DNA from: Eledone cirrhosa
Taxonomy: Eukaryota
Direction of reading: 5' to 3'
Assembly (NCBI GenBank): GCA_964016885.1
Contig: OZ024741.1
Coordinates: 376,154,001-376,218,000, forward strand
DNA: 64,000 nt
Under the pieces are notes generated by a model, which was given only the letters and a program-made list of their open reading frames with translations, was not told the origin of the DNA and ran no database searches. Of this stretch, positions 54,091 through 64,000 are shown piece after piece (within the stretch, counting starts at the first letter, position 1; the number at the start of each line of letters is the position of its first letter). The translations under genes were made by a program, and so were the position numbers.

Positions 54091-54207
54091 CCCCACCCCC
54101 ACTCTCAAGCGTGAACCTAATACTAACACTTTGTACTGCACCCTTCGGTTTTGTTATTGCTTTTTGTTTTAACTTATATATATATCTATACATATATATA
54201 TACATAC

Positions 54208-54250
<43 letters not shown>

Positions 54251-55351
54251 TGTATTTATATGTATTTATATGTATATATAGGGTGTATCAAAGGGAATCA
54301 TCCGAATTTAAAAGGGAATAATTTTGAAAAAAAATTAACTTATCATCTTGTTCAATACATATTTAAATATATAGTTTTATTTACAAATTTTACAAATGTT
54401 CAATATGCCCCCCCCCCCCTGGACATATAGCTTGCATCTACATGATGGTCAAGCTTGTCCCATAATACAGTGAATATGTCTGATGATTATTCTTGATACA
54501 CCTTGTACACACATAAACACACACGCACGCACACACGCACACAGACACACACACGCGCGCACACACACACATATATATATTGATAAGTCTATGAACTGTT
54601 GAAAAAAGGTTTGTCCTATAGGCTTATATTCTTAGCATTCAGTCCAGTAAACCAGCATTGAGGTACCGAGTACTTTAAAATAACAGTGGCCTTTATCTGT
54701 AATATATTTACGGACTGTTTGGTATATTTATATAGCCATGTAGAGCGAACATTTCTTTTATATATATATATAAATGAAAATTTCGCTCTACATGGCTGAA
54801 TACAATAAATGTAATCTGAGTTTTTCGAATATTAATAATAACATGCGATTCGTTTGCAATTATGCAACATAAGAGCAAGAATGAAGTGTTCATTCTACTG
54901 TCATGGCTTGTTTGCATAATTACAAATGAATCGAATGTTATTATTAATATTCGAAAAACTATATATATATATATATATATATGATAATAATGGAGCTGCG
55001 GCGCTGCAAATGGGTTACATATGAAACAGTTTGTCCTCATCAGTGCCCATCCAACCGTCGTAGGCATTTCGTCGCATTAAAGGCCATATACCTCAGGTTG
55101 GTGCGAGCAACGGCTAAAAAAAAGTCGTTGGGACACGTAAATAAAGGGGACGCTAGGGTAAACAAACAAAATGGTTTAAGCAGCAGAAAGTGAGGAAGAA
55201 GGAAACAAGTCCCAGATTTCTATGAATATAAATTCGGTGGAATCGTGAACGAGAGAATAAAGACCATATATATATATATCAGGGAATGAATTCTGTGAGA
55301 GAACATCGTTATTTTTCTCCCTCATATCAAGAATTTGAAGACAATTCATTT

Positions 55352-55425
55352 TCACCTGATGAGATCAGTGATAATAGATCATGGCTTCACAATCAATCTC
55401 TCCCTTATTGAAACATGTGTCATGA
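55352..55425 (+). ncRNA. Hammerhead-like motif in short TA-flanked insert
   Basis: TCAC-CTGATGA-GAT...ATT-GAAA-CATGTG-TC-ATGA. Confidence 0.5.
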
Positions 55426-55466
55426 TTAAATGATTGGAATTTTACCTTGCCTTCGGATTTTTATTT

Positions 55467-55507
<41 letters not shown>

Positions 55508-56069
55508 ATATATATATGTGTGTGTGTGTGTGTGCCTGTGTTTATACATACATGCACACATACAGGCACATACATTTACAAATATAGAATTACACACTCT
55601 AAAATATCTGCAAACATATTCACGTACATGCATATAGTTGCACGCACACACATATGCAGTCATAGTCATATTTCTATAAAAGGCGAACGTCTGACTGTCT
55701 GTCTGTGCCTGGAAACTATGCAGATGTGTGAATTGTTCTTAAATAAGTATTTTTATTTTAATAACTCAATGTTAAAATAGAACAATAGAAGTATCAATTT
55801 TCCTATATTTTTTGCCATAAAATTATGAATTCATCTTCTTCGGAACATTCAAAACACGTATAAAACCAAAATTTATGATGTTGTTTTTTCAGAAAAAAAT
55901 ATATTTACAACCAAAATATCTTAAAACAAAGAACATTCAAAAAGCAAACAATAATCAACTCTATAGGGACACTTTATATACTACACTTGTTTATTCAGTT
56001 TATCTACTGGAATACCAGAAATTGAATTATGGTTTGCTTACGCATTTTCATAGACAAAATAATTGTCTA

Positions 56070-56235
56070 TAATTTTGGGACAAGGCCAGCAATTAACCCA
56101 GTGCATTACTAGCACTTTATTTTATCGACCCCGTAAGGATGAAAGACAAAGTTAACCTCGGCATGAATTGAACCCAGAACATAACTCTATGCTGCGAAGC
56201 ATATTGTCCGACGCTTTACCGATACTGTCAACCAC
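56070..56235 (-). mobile_element. tRNA-derived SINE
   Basis: SINE consensus. Confidence 0.82.
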
Positions 56236-56297
56236 CACCCTTTTATAGACATAATAATGTTGAAGAGGCACCATAATGAAGTGTTTGTACCGATTTC

Positions 56298-59200
56298 AAA
56301 ATTTATTCTGTTATTTTAATAAATATTTGCTCTATGGTTCTTATATATTTGATATATATTTATCCTTATCGAGCCCTCTTTGGATTTTAGTCTTCAAATT
56401 TATTATTATTACTATTTGGCTCCCTCGGTTGAGCATCTATTGACTTATATTCATCATGCAGAAACAACATCTGAATATTTCTACAAAGAACATACCCGTA
56501 CCAAGCAGGAAAACATGCCTAAAACTCCCGATACAGAAAACAGACGCGTTCATTAAAAGGTTGCGTTGGCGTGCCTTTTATTTCGATAATCAGCGAAAAG
56601 CAGACAACAAACAGGATAAATTTGGGTTTAAAACCTATAATAACCCTCCGTGTAACCAAGCATTGCTACCCTTCGAAAATGATGTCTTGCAACTCATACG
56701 GAGTATCACATTTCGGAATAGGAGCAATTCCTTCCAGCAGGACCTGAAGAATAGAATTCGTTATATTAAGGATTCTAATGCCGTGCACGTCCCCTCCGAC
56801 AAAACTGGCAACCTATATCACGTGGAGCACAGTACTTACCATCAACTACTACATACTGCTGTAACTAAGGATTACCGTAAAACTAATCGGTGCGTCATCA
56901 ATGAACTCAACGATGCTGGGTTTAAAATCACCTCTGATCTCAACATCCTGGACCGGACGAACCTCTGGACCCTATTTCTCCCCACTTTACCCTGAAGGAT
57001 CACAAATCCAATTTTCCGAACAACCCCTCTATTCGGCTTATTAACTCTACGACGTCCGATTTAGGTAGACTTAGTAAAAGCATTCTTGATAGAATTATAC
57101 CTGAAATTAGAAGTTTGGCCTCTCTTGCACTGTGGAACAATTCTTTCGCGGTGATTGATTGGTTCAACGGCATATGCAACAAGGAACATTGCCGTTTTAT
57201 CCAATTCGACATCAACAATTACTACTCCTCCATCACTTTACCACTTCTCCTTAGAGCTATCAATTTCGCTAACACACTCACAGTGGTTAAGGATTTCGAA
57301 GTTGATGTCATCCTCAATGCCCGTAAGTCGGTGATTAATTTCGACGACTCTATTTGGATTAAAAAATCTAATAGTCCCCCATTCGACGTGAGTATGGGCG
57401 CCAGCGATTCTGCGGAGGTTACTGATCTTATCGGCCTTTTCCTTCTTTTCTCTACCAAGAACGAATTCCCCAACGTGAGCGGTGGTTTGTACCGTGATGA
57501 TGGTCTTTTGACCATGACTAAGTGCGGCCCACGTGCTTGCGCCAGGTTCAGAAAAGAACTCAAATGGCTTCAACCTCTCTATACAGATTGAGGCCAACCT
57601 CTCCGTCGTTAATTACCTCGACGTTACCCTCAATTTATCGAATGGCTTGTATTACCCGTATAGAAAGCCGAATGATACGCTTAATTACATAAGTAAGCAT
57701 TCCAACCATCCTGCCAGCATAACCAAGAACCTGGTAAGAAACGTTTCTTTGAGGCTTTCCCGTCTATCTACTAACGAGCATATTTTCAACGACCATTCCA
57801 CATATTAAAATGAAGCTCTTGCTCCGAGTGGGTTTGTCGATAAGGTAGCATATACAGAGTACTAGAATAGACCTAGAAGAAATAGATCCCGACGCATTAT
57901 ATGGTATAACCCACCATATAATATGGAGGTGGCCACACCATTAGCTAAGATCTTTCTATCACTTATTACGATGCATTTTCCCCGTACACATAAATATAGT
58001 AACATTTTTAATAGAAATACTATTAAAATTTCTTACTCTACGACTCCTAACCTTGCACATAACATCACAGCTTCTAATTTAGCTAAACTATTTAGCCGTA
58101 GAAACACGTGCAACCCTGTAGTTAGTACTAACTGTAATTGTAGGAATCGGGTTGATTGCCCCATATCCGGGAAATACCTCTCTAGTAACATTGTCTACAA
58201 ATGTCAGGTTGAAACACCTACATAGGGTTAACCGCCAATAGTTTCAAGCAGCGTCTTTACATGCATACCCATTCTTTTCGTTACCCTCTAAGAAGGAATA
58301 TGACGTCACAGCTTATATCTGGAGTCTAAAAGACAACCACACCCAATATAAGTTTCACTGGGAGATCCTAGATAGGGCTAGATCGTATAACGGAAATAAA
58401 AGACCATATGACCTCTGCGCCGCTGAGGCCCTGGAAATACTCTACACCACAGACCCCATATTAAACAAAAAATCTGAGGCAATTTCGGCTTGTAAACATA
58501 CATTGCACAAAACCTTTCTGTATTACAGCCCCACATTATACCCTAACGGATAGTACGATCTATACGCGGATATTTTACGTCTTGATGTAGTAGCTAAGTG
58601 TATGTTATGTTTATACCATTACTTATTTGCACAGGTAAATATATATTACCTGTTTGTTTTGTGAAGGCACGTATACTTTCTCGTACGTATATTTGATTGT
58701 ATGTTATGGCGTATATTTTATATATTCTGGTACATATGCTTTTGGTTATGTGAATGCGGGAGTTTTGCGTCTGTGTGAGTATGGGGGTTCGTACGTATGT
58801 AGGGTGTGTTTACATGTGTACTTCGTGTTTTGGTTGACGTACGACTCCGAACATTTGTGTATTTACATGTAGGTATGTGTGTGCGCTTGTTATATACGTA
58901 TTTATTTATTTATATACGTTTATTTAATTTTTTGTGTACACGTACACACCAACACACATATTTATATGTGCGTGTATTTGCATACCTATGGCGAGTGTTT
59001 TCGCGTATGCTTGTGTATGTACGTATATGGATGTGTGTATGTATTTATTTAATTTCAATTACCTGTGTATTTTATTTACTTTATTCTTAACTCTGAAGCG
59101 GACAATCATTCGGTTTCCTAGTTAGAATTTTAGTCTACCACTTCAATTATACCATTTACGTGGTTTTGTCTTTGCGTGCAATTGTTCTCCACTCTCCACA

Positions 59201-59638
59201 TATGACGTATTATGTTCGTTTTTCCGTTCATTGCCAGAGAACGTCTCTATGAACCACCTAAGAGAATATTAGTCTACGACTTCTTTTATACCATAAACGT
59301 GGTTCTGTCTTTGCGTGTAATTGTTTTTCACCGCTCTAAATAATGACGTATTATATTCGTTTTTTCCCGTTCTTTGCCAGGGAACGTTTCCACGAACCAA
59401 AGTATCGTCTTCCTGTCTTCCTCCGGTTGCAACGTTTTTTTAAATATTCACTTGTGCGTCCACAGATTGACTTTGTTAGTTTCAAAAGATCCCGTTAAGG
59501 GGAAAGCAGCGATTCTTTGCTTAAACTTTAATCTGTTATTTAACAAATATTTGCTCTACGGTTCTTATATATTTGATATATATTTATCCTTATTGAGCCC
59601 TCTTTGGATTTTAGTCTTCAAATTTATTATTATTACTA
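56298..59638 (+). mobile_element. Penelope-like retroelement, family H1, near full length with direct pLTR
   Basis: 56307-56414 is repeated at 59533-59639; colinear with the reverse complement of 942-4328; ends in (TA)n. Confidence 0.93.
56456..58553 (+). pseudogene. Frameshifted PLE RT / GIY-YIG ORF
   Basis: MQKQHLNISTKNIP, RLRWRA, DKTGNLY, FDINNYYSSI, GLYRDDGL, WYNPPY, CNCRNRVDCP, IVYKC. Confidence 0.92.
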
Positions 59639-59698
59639 TATATATATATATACAATGATATTAAATAAATGGAAACTATATTTATAAAACCATATTTA

Positions 59699-59755
59699 TT
59701 CTATTACATATATTTCAAGGGTACCAACATTTTGGTGGGCTTTCATCAGATAAAA
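59699..59755 (-). ncRNA. Type I hammerhead in short insert 59653-59822
   Basis: TTTTAT/ATAGAA; CTGATGA; AAG..ACCAA/TTGGT..CTT; GAAA; TATATG; GUA; related to 33638. Confidence 0.75.
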
Positions 59756-60074
59756 TGCGAAGTGTGTTTTATAAATTTTGACATAACCAAGAAAAATACC
59801 TTAACGTTTCAAGTTTACCTTATATATATATATGAAATACCAATGATGGCTGGCAAATCACTGATGAGAGACTAATTTTATAATATGTAACCCATGTGCA
59901 ACCATGCAGTTTTCCTCTTTCTTCCCATGTTTTATATATATATATATATGTGAATATAGACATAGAATATTCGAAAATACTCTGTATGTTTATAATAAAC
60001 ATTTTGAAGACCTAATCGCTATAGAATAGAATACGTCACGTATTACAATTAGATTCTCGATAAAAGCAAGGGAA

Positions 60075-60117
60075 GTAATCTACGCGTTTCATTCTTATTA
60101 GAAATCTTCAGGACTAC
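60075..60117 (-). ncRNA. Minimal type I hammerhead ribozyme
   Basis: Exact inverted copy of 60570-60612. Confidence 0.9.
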
Positions 60118-60569
60118 ATATCCAGTGCTTTTATCGAGAATGATACAGCTAGAGACTTATAGAATACTTAGCTGTGTACAGGAACTGGTTTGAAAGAGCG
60201 GTTGCCGGTCCGGCAGAAATTAGAAATTGGAATAAATGTTCTGAAATAGCGATATATATGTGAATATAGACATAGAATATTCGAAAATACTCTGTATGTT
60301 TATAATAAACATTTTGAAGACCTAATCGCTATAGAATAGAATACGTCACGTATTACAATTAGATTCTCGATAAAATGTTTATTATAAACATACAGAGTAT
60401 TTTCGAATATTCTATGTCTATATTCACATATATATCGCTATTTCAGAGCATTTATTCCAATTTCTAATTTCTGCCGGACCGGCAACCGCTCTTTCAAACC
60501 AGTTCCTGTACACAGCTAAGTATTCTATAAGTCTCTAGCTGTGTCATTCTCGATAAAAGCACTGGATAT

Positions 60570-60612
60570 GTAGTCCTGAAGATTTCTAATAAGAATGAAA
60601 CGCGTAGATTAC
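60570..60612 (+). ncRNA. Minimal type I hammerhead ribozyme, canonical core
   Basis: GTAGTC/GATTAC; CTGAAGA; TTCT(AATA)AGAA; GAAA; palindromic ACGCGT; GUA. Confidence 0.9.
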
Positions 60613-60765
60613 TTCCCTTGCTTTTATCGAGAATCTAATTGTAATACGTGACGTATTCTATTCTATAGCGATTAGGTCTTCAAAATGTTTATTATAAACA
60701 TACAGAGTATTTTCGAATATTCTATGTCTATATTCACATATATATCGCTATTTCAGAGCATTTAT

Positions 60766-60796
<31 letters not shown>

Positions 60797-60948
60797 ACGA
60801 AGGAAATGTGGTAAGGAACCATGTGGACCATAACGCACCAAAGTACTCAATACTTAGGGTAAGAGTGGTCTTACTTGTTCCTATATATATATATATATTA
60901 TTACTATATATATATATATGGTAATAATAATAAATTTGAAGACTAAAA

Positions 60949-60999
<51 letters not shown>

Positions 61000-61040
61000 A
61001 TATTAAATAAATGGAAACTATATTTATAAAACCATATTTA

Positions 61041-61097
61041 TTCTATTATATATATTTCAAGGGTACCAAAATGTTGGTGCGCTTTCATCAGATAAAA
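61041..61097 (-). ncRNA. Type I hammerhead in short insert 60994-61163
   Basis: Second copy of 59699-59755; palindromic ATATATAT; AUA. Confidence 0.75.
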
Positions 61098-61160
61098 TAC
61101 GAAGTGTGTTTTATAAATTTTGACATAACGAAGAAAAATACCGTAACGTTTCAAGTTTAT

Positions 61161-61201
<41 letters not shown>

Positions 61202-61303
61202 ATATACGAGTTAAAAAGAAATGCAACTTGTCTGTGTTACTAGTATTTACTGACATATGGTTTCCTAAGTGGTTGAAAACTTCTGATGAAATGTAAATAA
61301 GAT

Positions 61304-61378
<75 letters not shown>

Positions 61379-61381
<3 letters not shown>

Positions 61382-61600
61382 ATAATAATAAATTTGAAGA
61401 CTAAAATCCAAAGAGGGCTCAATAAGGATAAATATATATCAAATATATAAAAACCGTAGAGCAAATATTTGTTAAAATAACAGATTTAAGTTTAAGCAAA
61501 GAATCGCTGCTTTTACCCTTACTGGGATCTTCTGAAACTGTTTCAGAAGATCCCGTTATGGGTGAAAGCAGCGATTCTTTGCTTAAACTTTAATCTGTTA

Positions 61601-61607
<7 letters not shown>
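61379..61607. mobile_element. Fold-back of family H1 pLTR end, centred at 61539
   Basis: ...tcttctgaaac-t-gtttcagaaga...; HHR-like motif 61540-61588 (GTTT-CAGAAGA-TCCC..GGGT-GAAA-GCA..TGC-TT-AAAC). Confidence 0.85.
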
Positions 61608-61645
<38 letters not shown>

Positions 61646-61889
61646 GCACACATACATGCATATATATATATATATGTTTGCTTGTTTGTATGTGTGTATG
61701 TGTGTGTGCGTGTGTTTGAGTTCATACTGACAAATATATAGACTTACACGGACAAAATATTACTAAAATAAATCTTTTGATATAACATAACTTGTCAATT
61801 TAGCTATAAGTATCTTGGATATTTGTTGCTGATACACTGAAGAAACACATTCACCGTCTTTGTGTCTGTATGTGTGTGATATATATATA

Positions 61890-62330
61890 TACTAGCAGAG
61901 GTACCCGGCGTTGCTCGGATATTAAATAGAAGTTGTGTATATCATTTATGTCAATACTTCAGTGCTGCTTCGAAATCTATACTTTTACAAAATCATCGGC
62001 TTTTTCCAAAAGTGTGTTCCTGCCCCCAGGGGTCTCCTGCTCAATATGTGCCAATTCTGAGAGTTCACCTTCATCTGTAGGACAAACGTAGCCCATGTGT
62101 CAAGTTTTGTCAAAATCGGTTGCGAACTCCAGAAGTTATGACGTTTAGTTGCATTGCTCTGCAGTGCTTCAGTCGACTCCAAGGAAGTGGTTAAAGGGGT
62201 TAAAGGGGTTATCTGCCGGGAGGCCCTATAATCAATATATGGAAAAATGAAGGTGCCGATGACCATCCGGAGTACATAAGTAACCTAGGTCTTCAATTTG
62301 GTGAAAATACTGTAGAAATGCATAAGGTTT
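61890..62330 (+). mobile_element. Possible non-autonomous Helitron/Helentron-like element
   Basis: Starts tactagc...acccggcgttgctcgg after (TA)n; internal aagttttgtcaaaatcggtt and aatttggtgaaaat motifs recalled from such elements, not verified. Confidence 0.45.
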
Positions 62331-62547
62331 ATACATACGCACGCGCGCGTGTGTGTGTGTGTGTGTGTCTGTGTCTGTGTTTGTGGGTGTGCATGTATTT
62401 GTGTGTGCGTATGTATGTATATGTCAGTCGGGGCATACGTATGTACTGGCCTAAATCTTCACTATTTACTTTCACTATTTTAATAACCTCTGTCATTTTC
62501 GTTTTCAATTTTATTTACATCATTCTTAAACTCCGGGGCTGGAAATC

Positions 62548-62660
62548 ATCGCTTTTTTCCGTTCACTGCCAGGGAACGTCTTCACGAACCAAAATATCGT
62601 CTTCCTGTTTTCCTTCGGTTGCAACGTTTCTCGAAATATTTACTTCTGCGTTCACAGATT
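62548..62660 (+). mobile_element. Family H1 pLTR fragment
   Basis: Matches 59358-59470. Confidence 0.75.
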
Positions 62661-62917
62661 ACTCTCAGTTCAATTTGAATGGGAAATTCCTGTTTCATCG
62701 ATTTTCTCCGTAACCATGGCAGCTTGTATGTTGAATGTCGACTCAACGCCTCCTCGTGTCATTCTGCATAACTGTGTAACTTTTCGCTGCATTCCACCAA
62801 GCCGTTTCGACGTTTATCCGACTGCACCTACATATACAACGTCTGACCACTTCCAATTTATACAGTAGATATATATAGAGAGAGGGAATAAATCAGGTAT
62901 ATAAAGAAATGTGTATG

Positions 62918-62970
<53 letters not shown>

Positions 62971-64000
62971 TTGAATATGTGTCGGTTGCTTAGCGATACT
63001 TCAGAATGCAAGTTGCAGCACTCAACTAAATACGCAGGTAAGTCGACAGATTAAAATTAACTTCATTTATTCATATTCGCTGCTATATATATTTCAGTGA
63101 TAACCATTATTCAACAGTTATGACCTCACCAGGCAGCTAGAACTTGAATAGAAAAAAACCAAGGAAACATAATGTTAATTCGTTGATATGCCAAGATCAG
63201 AAATCTGATGTTGTTAATTAAAAGAACTAAAATGAAAGAACTCGAGCATCAGAAGGGTATACCTTCCTCTCATTGGTCAGAGTATACTTTTCTCTCATTG
63301 TCCTAACAAGTCAGTTGTCTTTGAAGCAGGTGAGCCTGCTAGGGATGATTTTAACAATCAGCTGTACTAACTGCATGTAGGTGTGATTTGTCGTAGTTGA
63401 TCTATTTTTACTATAGTGGCAGTGGTGTAAGCAGGTCTCTCTTTTGCGGTAGTATTGTAGTTGCTATTAAGGAAATCATGCCTGCAACCCGGTATGGCCT
63501 CCCTTGGAAGCGCGAGGGCTATATTCACATCCTGGTAGTAGGAGAAATTAGAATTATAACTGCAGGTGTTAAAACCTCTACGTGTAACAATGTGTAAGTG
63601 CTAAAAAACAATAAGTGTTGAACATTATAATTGATATTTTAAACAGTTAGTACATACCCACAAACAACCATCTGCGTATCCTCACACGTACACAGCCATC
63701 TATATATACATGCCTGCACATACACACTTACATCTATACGGTCACATACATCTATACCTAATCATATCTGTGTACACATCTATACACGCACTCACACAAG
63801 TACATACATACACATACATGCATACATCCATACGTGCACACGCACAGACACACGTGTTCCCTTTGAAGGGGTGGGAGGAGAATTAATAGGTGCTTCCTAT
63901 TTACTTATCACTGTTAGTACTGACTTTTGTGTGCGAAAGGGGTTAGATTTAAGGTAGCTTGTCCTTCGGAGAACCGGATCACTGCCCGGTGGAGGATGGT

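Larger units (their letters stand above)
59946..60770. mobile_element. Retrozyme-like 310-nt unit: ~1.4x on the minus strand then ~1.3x on the plus strand
   Basis: tgaatatagacatag at 59951 and 60261; aaaatgtttattataaac at 60372 and 60682; one HHR per unit. Confidence 0.88.

Noticed and set aside
54280-54480. Tc1/mariner-like terminus (also a pogo-like start at about 28907 and hAT-like ends at about 25630 and 27000)
   Set aside because: Only single-end resemblance; no paired TIR or transposase seen
55011-55047. Minus-strand CTGATGA-GGAC..GTTT-CATATG-TA
   Set aside because: GAAA is missing; at best a dead ribozyme relic

Overview
AT-rich, microsatellite-saturated animal intronic or intergenic DNA. 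The tRNA-derived MetaSINE-like repeats and (TA)n/(CA)n load suggest an octopod cephalopod, which is an inference. I found no supportable host gene, and nearly all listed ORFs are microsatellite artefacts. The window is dominated by Penelope-like retroelements (PLEs) inserted into (TA)n: two near-full-length copies of one family with a CxCx5C linker (Hydra-clade-like), a Neptune-like copy, and several 5'-truncated copies with inverted pLTRs. It also holds RTE LINE remnants and SINEs. Reading by eye shows more than 30 type I hammerhead-ribozyme (HHR)-like motifs from many unrelated families, including recurrent core variants (U3-A8, U4C, U4A). The most notable feature is five unrelated non-coding units of about 310, 435, 541, 555 and 591 nt. 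Each has one HHR or HHR-like motif and occurs as a 1.1-1.4x partial tandem, most with a PLE-type fold-back. This fits circular-RNA retrozymes reverse-transcribed by PLE machinery. Coordinates were counted manually and element ends may be off by a few bases.
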